From: Nannocystis bainbridge
GTDB taxonomy: Bacteria; Myxococcota_A; Polyangia; Nannocystales; Nannocystaceae
DNA length: 64,000 bases
Direction of reading: 5' to 3'
Assembly (NCBI RefSeq): GCF_028368995.1
Contig: NZ_JAQNDL010000001.1
Coordinates: forward strand, 2,976,001 to 3,040,000
The notes under the pieces were generated by a model. The model ran no database searches and was not told the origin of the DNA. It saw only the letters and a program-made list of their open reading frames with translations. Of this stretch, positions 57,538-64,000 are shown in pieces (position 1 is the first letter of the stretch; each line of letters begins with the position of its first letter). The translations under genes and the position numbers were made by a program.

Positions 57538-58719
57538 TCACTTCTCGGCGATCGTGACGAGCCCGGTGTCGACGTAGCGCTGCTGCGCCTCGGCGCCGGT
57601 CAGGTAGGTGTCGTAGCCGGGAGCGTCGCGCAGCCATCGCCCGAAGTAGGCGACCACGTAGGCGCGCGCGAGGTCGTTGACGACCGCGTTGGCGAGGGTC
57701 GGCTGCTGGCAGAACGAGCAGGTGATCCCACACGAGGCGACGTCGTCGAGGAAGCTCATGTGATTGGCGCCGTTGACGGTCACCTGCAGGGCCGGGGCGT
57801 TGGCCTCGGCGTAGAAGGTCGTGAAGTTCTCGGCCGCCGGGGCGCAGGCCATGAAGCCGGCGGTGTCGAGGGTCTCGCCGAGGAAGCCGAGCGGGATGGC
57901 GATCGGCAGCATCGCGCTGGCGTCGGGGCACGCCTGCATGTTCGGGCACATGTTGGCGCCGTCGACGGGATCGAGGGTGAGCGAGGCCTTGACGCGGGCG
58001 TCGTACATGGCAGCGAGCACGGAGATCTTGCCGCCGAGAGAGTGCCCGGTGGTGCCGACGTTGTTGAGGTCGGAGATGTCCCCGAGGACAGGATGCTCGC
58101 CGGCCCAGTCGAGCGCGGCCAGCACCTGCTTGGCGTTGGCGACGTGGTCGACGGTGCCGAAGATGTAGCCGGCGTGGTCGACGTTGAGGACCACGTAGCC
58201 GTGCGACGCGAGCCGCGTGGCGTAGCCGGTGTACTGCGTCGGCGGCAGGTTGAAGCCGTGGGCGATCGTCACCACCGGGTACGGTCCGGCCTCGGGCCCC
58301 GACGTCGGGTAGTGCGCGGTGACGCCGATCATCTCACCGTCGACGTCGATCTCGCCCGCGAGCTCGTCGAACTGCCACGGCCCGTCCTGGTCCGGATCGT
58401 GGACCTCGCCGTCCGGCTCGCCAGTGGTGCCGTCGGTCGTGGTCGAACCAGTCGTATCGGGACCGGTCGTGGCCGCGGTCGTCGAGGTCGGTCCGCTCTC
58501 GGTGGTCGGCCCGTCGGTCGTCGTCGTCGTCGTCGTCGTGCCACTCGTCCCGGTCGGGCTCGTCGTCGCAGTGGTCGGCTCGTCCCCGGTGGTGCTGCCG
58601 GTACCGACCCCGGTGCTCGTGCCGGTGCTCGAACCAGGGTCGGAGTCCGTGCCCGACGACGTCCCGCCGCCGTTGCACGCGATTGTGAGGACAAGGAGAG
58701 TGAGGACGGACCGCTGCAT
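57538..58719 (-). CDS. Alpha/beta hydrolase lipoprotein (chlorophyllase/cutinase-like)
   Basis: TIAC lipobox, Thr linker, AHGF, LASHGYVV, GHSLGG, LDPVD and ANHMSFLD. Confidence 0.88.
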   Translation of the reverse strand: MQRSVLTLLVLTIACNGGGTSSGTDSDPGSSTGTSTGVGTGSTTGDEPTTATTSPTGTSGTTTTTTTTDGPTTESGPTSTTAATTGPDTTGSTTTDGTTGEPDGEVHDPDQDGPWQFDELAGEIDVDGEMIGVTAHYPTSGPEAGPYPVVTIAHGFNLPPTQYTGYATRLASHGYVVLNVDHAGYIFGTVDHVANAKQVLAALDWAGEHPVLGDISDLNNVGTTGHSLGGKISVLAAMYDARVKASLTLDPVDGANMCPNMQACPDASAMLPIAIPLGFLGETLDTAGFMACAPAAENFTTFYAEANAPALQVTVNGANHMSFLDDVASCGITCSFCQQPTLANAVVNDLARAYVVAYFGRWLRDAPGYDTYLTGAEAQQRYVDTGLVTIAEK

Positions 58720-58997
58720 GACGCCACGTCTAGCGGCCGCCCCCCTGGCGAGCAATCGCGCAACGCTCACGAAAGGCCGCCAAATCCCCGGTACAGCGCC
58801 GTTTCGCCGGCCCCCCGGCGTGGCCTTTGGGCGGCACCGCGTTCATCGTCCCGGCCGCGCCGCCGGGCCAATCGCCGCACCGGCGAGCGCGCGCGAGGTC
58901 TGGACGCCACGTCGATCGAGTTTCGCGTAGATTCGCCGGTCACCCCCGCGAACTGCCGTGCACGGTCCGGTCGCGGGCGGCCCGGTCGAACCTAATG

Positions 58998-59086
58998 GGC
59001 TCTCGAGGACATGTCCGAAGAGACATGTCATCGCCCGCCGCGCCGACCGGGAGAGGCTCGATCTCACATGTCCCTGAGGACATGTC
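58998..59086. repeat. Two short TGTC-N6-GACA arrays
   Basis: GGCT-CTCGAG-GACA|TGTC-CGAAGA-GACA|TGTC, and CACA|TGTC-CCTGAG-GACA|TGTC. Confidence 0.85.
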
Positions 59087-59089
59087 GCC

Positions 59090-60370
59090 TCAGCGGTAGC
59101 GCCGGATGTACATCTTCATCAAGAACCGGCGGAACCAGATGTTCACCGCCGCGAAGTCGACCACCAGCCGGCCGTACACCACCAGCGACGCGTCGCCGAT
59201 GCTGACCCCATGCGGAAAATCCTCGCGCAGCGTGTGCGGGCGCAGCGGCGGCACCCCGTGCGGGTAGCCCGGCGCCTCGCGGGCCAGCCGCGTCAGGTTG
59301 TCCGTGGTCAGCCACGCCTGCCACAGGCACTCGATCGCCCGCTGCATCGTCGGCCACTCGCCGGTCGCGCTCTGCACCCGCGCCGCGTCGCCGATGGCGA
59401 AGATGTCCGGCCGGGTCGGCTTCGGCGTGGCGAAGCACTGCAGCGTCGGCCCGACCGCCAGCCAGCCGTCGGCGGTGCGCGGCAGCGACAGGCCCGCCAG
59501 CGCCGGCGCCGGCCGGACGCCACCGGTCCAAAAGGCCATGTCGCAAGGGACATCCGTCGCGTCGGCCCCGGGCGGCCGCAGCGTGGCGGTGCCGGCGGCC
59601 AAACGCGTCAGCCGGGTGTTCAGCCGCAGCTCGACGCCCTGGGCCCGCAGGTGCTGCTCGGCCTTGTGACCGGCGCGCTGGCACAGGTGCGGCAGCAGGC
59701 GCGGGCCCGAGTGGACGAGGACGACCCTGGGGGCGCGCCAGCCGGCCGGCCGCACGCGCGCGAGGCGGCCGAGGTCGCCGGCGAGCTCGACGCCGGAGAT
59801 CCCGCCGCCGGCGACGACGATGGTGGGCCGCTCGCCGGCGAGCCCGCGGGCCTCGCCCTCGCGGTAAGGGCCGTCGCCGCTGCTGACCCGCCGCGTCGTC
59901 TCGCCGTCCGGCCCGAGCAGCGCCGCCAGTTGCTCGGCCGCGCTGGCGAACTCGCCCTCGAACTTGTAGCCGACGAACCGCTCGGCCCCCTCGATCGCGG
60001 CCGGCGGCGCCAGCACCGAGCCGAGCGCGACGACGATGAAGCGCCCGCGCAGCCGCTCGCCCGAGGCCAGGGTGACCTCCTTGCGGTCGGGGTCGAGGCC
60101 GATCACGTCGCCGATCACGTAGCGGGCCTCGGGCCGCTTCTCGACGCTGCGCCGGGTCGGCAGCACCGAGGTGCCCGGATCGATGCGCCCGACCAGCCGC
60201 TCCTGCACCAGCGGGATGTACGGGTGCTCGGCCTGGCGATCGACCACGACGATCTTCAGCCCGCGCCCGCGGGCGCTGCGACGCAGCTGGTGGACCAGCT
60301 CGATCCCCGCGAAGCTGGCCCCGAGGATCAGGACGTCGGCCGTCGCGGCGTCATGTGTCTCTTCGGACAT
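59090..60370 (-). CDS. FAD-dependent oxidoreductase (type II NADH dehydrogenase-like)
   Basis: ILGASFAG, VVALGS, VAGGGISGVELAG and IFAIGDAA. Confidence 0.87.
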   Translation of the reverse strand: MSEETHDAATADVLILGASFAGIELVHQLRRSARGRGLKIVVVDRQAEHPYIPLVQERLVGRIDPGTSVLPTRRSVEKRPEARYVIGDVIGLDPDRKEVTLASGERLRGRFIVVALGSVLAPPAAIEGAERFVGYKFEGEFASAAEQLAALLGPDGETTRRVSSGDGPYREGEARGLAGERPTIVVAGGGISGVELAGDLGRLARVRPAGWRAPRVVLVHSGPRLLPHLCQRAGHKAEQHLRAQGVELRLNTRLTRLAAGTATLRPPGADATDVPCDMAFWTGGVRPAPALAGLSLPRTADGWLAVGPTLQCFATPKPTRPDIFAIGDAARVQSATGEWPTMQRAIECLWQAWLTTDNLTRLAREAPGYPHGVPPLRPHTLREDFPHGVSIGDASLVVYGRLVVDFAAVNIWFRRFLMKMYIRRYR

Positions 60371-60408
60371 GTCTCTTGCTCGCTGTCCCTCGGACCATGT
60401 CCTAAAAG

Positions 60409-61263
60409 TCAGTTTCCGAACACGTGCACGCGGTCGCGCACGCCCGCCGGGAACCGCTCGCGCGCCAGCCGCTCGGCCTGGGCCCGGCTGTGGCGCATGC
60501 TGCGGTGGACCAGCACCAGCGCCTCGCCGGTGAACCGCTCCGACTCGGCGACCAGCTCGTCGAGGTGGGTGTGGCCCCACTGGCGGGTCTGGGCCACGTC
60601 GCGCTCGTCCGTCCAGCTGGTGACCTCGTGGACCAGCACGCGGCAGCGGCGGGCCAGCTCGTGCTGCTGGAAGAACTCGATCTGGGTGTCACCGGTGACG
60701 CAGATCAGCGGCTCGGTGTGGCTGTCGAGCACGTCGGTGCCGGCCTTGCGCAGCGCGGCGATCTCCGGCCCCGGCAGGCCGACGTACTCCGGCTTCAGGC
60801 GGCTGGTGGTGCGCTCGACGATCCACGCGAGCGACGGCACCCGGTGCGTGGTCCGCAGGCAGTGCGCCGCGCACCCGCGGGACAGCCCGCCGCCGAGGGG
60901 GAAGCGGTCGCCGGGCGCGTGCCCGTGCAGCTGCCACTGCAGGTCGAAGCCCTCGATCTCGGCCCAGCCGCGGAGGATCCGCGTCAGCGGCTCGTGGACC
61001 TCCTGCGGCACGTGGATCGCCGGCGGCCCCGCGCGCATCAGCTGGCGCTGCGACACCAGGTAGCCGACGCCGCCGAGGTGGTCGGCGTGCCCGTGCGAGA
61101 CCAGGACCGTGTCGTACTTGAGCGCGCCGGGCGGGCACATGCCGACGTCGAACATGACCCCGAGCTCAGGGACCATGAGACAGGTCTCGACCCCGCCGCG
61201 GGTGACGCCGCGCAGGGTGAGACCGCCGACCTTGAGCTCGTCGAGGACCGCGGCGTCGTGCAT
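60409..61263 (-). CDS. MBL-fold metallohydrolase (RNase Z-like)
   Basis: FDVG.CP, SHGHADHLGG, THRVPS, VTGDT, GHTH and VHRSMRH. Confidence 0.85.
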   Translation of the reverse strand: MHDAAVLDELKVGGLTLRGVTRGGVETCLMVPELGVMFDVGMCPPGALKYDTVLVSHGHADHLGGVGYLVSQRQLMRAGPPAIHVPQEVHEPLTRILRGWAEIEGFDLQWQLHGHAPGDRFPLGGGLSRGCAAHCLRTTHRVPSLAWIVERTTSRLKPEYVGLPGPEIAALRKAGTDVLDSHTEPLICVTGDTQIEFFQQHELARRCRVLVHEVTSWTDERDVAQTRQWGHTHLDELVAESERFTGEALVLVHRSMRHSRAQAERLARERFPAGVRDRVHVFGN

Positions 61264-63560
61264 CAGGTGACCGAGTTGCGGCTCGGTGTCCACAAGATCT
61301 GCGGGCGCGCGAACACGTCGGCGACGCCGCGCGCAGGCCGGACCGGCGCCGCCGCGTCTGCGGCCGGCTTGGCCTTGCGCACCGCCATGACCTCGAGGAC
61401 CGCCGCGTGGACCTTCTCGGGGCTGACCACGATCTGCTCCTCGATCTCGATCGGCGACGGGATGCCGGGGCTGGGGTCCTGGCCGAGCACGCGGGTGATC
61501 ACGTTCTCGCCGATCATCGCCTCCTGCACCGCCCCCTGGATCTCGCGGCCGAGGCTGGCGAACACGCGGTCCTCGTGGACGACCAGCAGGCGGCCGGTCT
61601 TGCGCACGCTGGCGAGCACGGCCTCGCTGTCGTAGGGCACGATGGTGCGCAGGTCGAGCAGCTCGACGTCGACGCCCTCGGCCGCCAGCTTCTGCACGGC
61701 CTCGTTGCAGAACAGGGTGCAGCGGCCCCACGTGACGACGGTGATGTCCTTGCCCGGGCGGCGCAGCGCGGCCTTGCCGAGCGGCACGCGGAAATCGTCG
61801 GGCAGGTCGGGGATGTGGCCGCCGAAGCCGATGCTGCGCTTGAGCGCCGCGATCTCCTTGGCGTCGGTCGGCTCGCCGGGGAACGCGTCGCCCAGCGTCA
61901 TGCGGTAGAGCCCCTTGGACTCGAACACCAGCACCGGGCCCGGGTACTCGGCGGCGCTGCGGAGCAGGCCGTACATGTCGCGCGAGGTCGTCGGCGCGAC
62001 GATCGTGATGCCGGGGATGGAGGCGTAGAAGCCCTCCATGCACATCGAGTGATAGACCGAGCCGCCGTGCAGCGGCTCGACCGGCAGGCGCAAGATGACG
62101 TTGACGTCGACCGTGCCCGCCGACTGCCAGCGCTGATTGCCGAGCAGCACCAGCCAGTGCAGCGTGTTGAGCGAGTAGTCGGAGAACTGGATCTCCGGGA
62201 TCGCGGTCGCGCCCTTGTGCAGGGCGAACCCGAACGCGGTGCCGAGGATCAGCGGCTCGTTGATCGGCGCGTCGCGGACCTGGTCGGGGAAGCGCTCGTG
62301 CAGGCCCTTGGTGGCCACCATCACGCCGCCCTTCTTGCCGACGTCCTGGCCGTACACCCACGACATCGGGTTGGCCTTGAGGATCGCCTGCAGCGCCGAG
62401 CGGATCGCCCCGTTGATCGAGATCGCCGTCGGCCGGTGCTCCGGCGGCGCCTCCTCGACCGCCGGGAACGGCGCGCGCACGTCGGTGAGGATCGACTCGT
62501 AGGTCGGCTCCGGCTCGGTGGCGCAGATCGCCATCGTCTCGACCACGTAGTCGTCGGCGGCCTTGGCCAGGCTGCCCCAGTCGTGGCGACGGAAGTAGTC
62601 CTTGCCCTCCGTGACCCCGTTGCGGCGCAGGATCTCGTGCGGCGCCAGCACGCCCGCCTGCACCAGCGCCTCGCCGAACTCGACCAGCGGATCGAAGCTG
62701 TCGAACTCGAACGTGAAGTCGGCCGCCGAGCTGTGGTTGTTGAGGCGCGACAGGTTCTTGACCCACATCAGCGCCGGCGCCTGCTGCTCCTTGCAGTACT
62801 CCGCGGCCGCGCGGGCGGTCTCGTAGCAGCCGAGGAAATCGTTGCCGTCACACTCGAAGTAGGCGAACCCGAAGGCGGCGGCGTAGTGCTCGAAGCTGCG
62901 GATCCCGCGGCCGTCCTCGGGCCGCACGCTGATGGCGACGTTGTTGTCGGTGACCGTCAGCAGCACCGGCAGGCGCAAGATCGAGGCGCCGGTCATGCCC
63001 TCGTGCATGTCGCTCTCGGCGGTGGTGCCGTCGCCGACCACGGCGACCACGAGGCCGTCGTCGTAGCCCTTGCGCCGCAAGCCCTGGGCGTAGCCGACGG
63101 CCTTGCCGAACTGCATGCCGAGCGCGCTCTGCACCGGCAAGGTGTTGAACCGCAGGTCGTTGAAGTGCGCCGTCATCAGCCGCCCGCCGGTCCACGGGTC
63201 GGTCGACTTGCAGAGCTGCTGGCGCATGTGGTCGAGGTGGAAGTCCGGGTAGCCGCGCAGCCGCGACCACATGGCCAAAAGGCCCGCCGAGCGGTAGTGG
63301 GCGCAGATGCCGAACGCGTTCGGGTTGACGACGTCGGCGAACGCCAGCGCCTCGGCCGCCCCGTGCAGCTCCTCGCCCGAGCCCCAGATGGCGAACTTGA
63401 TGGTGCCCTTGGCGCACTCCTGGACCACCCGCTCGACGTGACAGCGAGCGAGCAGCATCTCCTGGTAGGCCAGCCGCAACAGCTCCGGGGTCAGGCTCGG
63501 GAACCGCGCGAGGTCGCGGAGATCGAAGCGGAGAGTCTTGCTGGGCATCGGCAGGTCCAT
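61263..63560 (-). CDS. Fused 2-oxoacid dehydrogenase E1 alpha+beta
   Basis: TPP-binding GDG...NN, GQDVGKKGGV, DAPINE, EIQFSDY, DLRTIVPYD and KTGRLLVVHED. Confidence 0.92.
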   Translation of the reverse strand: MDLPMPSKTLRFDLRDLARFPSLTPELLRLAYQEMLLARCHVERVVQECAKGTIKFAIWGSGEELHGAAEALAFADVVNPNAFGICAHYRSAGLLAMWSRLRGYPDFHLDHMRQQLCKSTDPWTGGRLMTAHFNDLRFNTLPVQSALGMQFGKAVGYAQGLRRKGYDDGLVVAVVGDGTTAESDMHEGMTGASILRLPVLLTVTDNNVAISVRPEDGRGIRSFEHYAAAFGFAYFECDGNDFLGCYETARAAAEYCKEQQAPALMWVKNLSRLNNHSSAADFTFEFDSFDPLVEFGEALVQAGVLAPHEILRRNGVTEGKDYFRRHDWGSLAKAADDYVVETMAICATEPEPTYESILTDVRAPFPAVEEAPPEHRPTAISINGAIRSALQAILKANPMSWVYGQDVGKKGGVMVATKGLHERFPDQVRDAPINEPLILGTAFGFALHKGATAIPEIQFSDYSLNTLHWLVLLGNQRWQSAGTVDVNVILRLPVEPLHGGSVYHSMCMEGFYASIPGITIVAPTTSRDMYGLLRSAAEYPGPVLVFESKGLYRMTLGDAFPGEPTDAKEIAALKRSIGFGGHIPDLPDDFRVPLGKAALRRPGKDITVVTWGRCTLFCNEAVQKLAAEGVDVELLDLRTIVPYDSEAVLASVRKTGRLLVVHEDRVFASLGREIQGAVQEAMIGENVITRVLGQDPSPGIPSPIEIEEQIVVSPEKVHAAVLEVMAVRKAKPAADAAAPVRPARGVADVFARPQILWTPSRNSVT

Positions 63561-63766
63561 GCGCGAGGCAAGCCTAGGCGAGATCGCCGCTGCGGTAAAC
63601 CGACCGCAGACGAGCGCTACGTCGCAGCGCAGCGGGCGCGAACGGCCTGCGTGACGTGGCGCATGCGCGACCGATCACGCGATGCAGGCGGCGCGCAAAC
63701 GAAATGGCACCTGGCGGAAAGGCCAGGTGCCACTCGGGCTCGCCGTCACGCCGGCGACGCGCAGGC

Positions 63767-64000
63767 TCACGCGCTCGGGAGAGCGCCAGCAGCCCCGTCG
63801 AGCCGCCCGCGCGCTTCGCCCTCGGGGTCGCCGCCCTCGTGCTTGCGCCGGACCCAAAAGTACAGCCACACGCTCAGCGCCGAGGCGAAGGCGACGATGA
63901 AGGCCGTCACGCCGTTGATGACGATGCTGGTCAAGATGCCGCCGAGCGGCAGCAGGCCGAGGATGACGCCGACGATCGTCATGGCGATGGCGACCGCGAG
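63767..64000 (-). CDS. Membrane protein, C-terminal part (starts beyond the window)
   Basis: Hydrophobic helices ending LYFWVRRKHEG. Confidence 0.6.
   Translation of the reverse strand, partial: LAVAIAMTIVGVILGLLPLGGILTSIVINGVTAFIVAFASALSVWLYFWVRRKHEGGDPEGEARGRLDGAAGALPSA

Overview
GC-rich (roughly 70-75% by eye) bacterial chromosome segment, most likely from a Nannocystis-like myxobacterium. That assignment is an inference from Thr-rich lipoproteins, myxobacterial Cys-rich repeats, Ser/Thr kinases and an ECF sigma factor. About 45 protein genes are supported, including ftsZ, aroE, xseA, sulP, nfi, a kamA-like radical SAM enzyme, tldD/tldE, an isoquinoline-oxidoreductase-type Mo-enzyme operon, a two-component pair and a fused E1 dehydrogenase. 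I found no rRNA, tRNA, CRISPR array or transposase. Three things stand out. (1) A 14-bp palindrome, TGTC-N6-GACA, has at least 24 perfect copies. It forms phase-locked head-to-tail arrays of up to 8-9 units with non-identical spacers, in intergenic gaps and inside genes, where it appears to constrain codon and amino-acid choice. (2) An Rdx/SelW-type selenoprotein (CxxU, in-frame TGA plus a candidate SECIS) is truncated by the ORF track and lies just downstream of a cytochrome c peroxidase gene. (3) A family-A DNA polymerase has no 5'-nuclease, an apparently inactive proofreading domain and a shortened thumb. Most long ORFs in the track are GC-rich shadow frames. Start codons are my own picks, and all product calls come from motif recognition without database searches.
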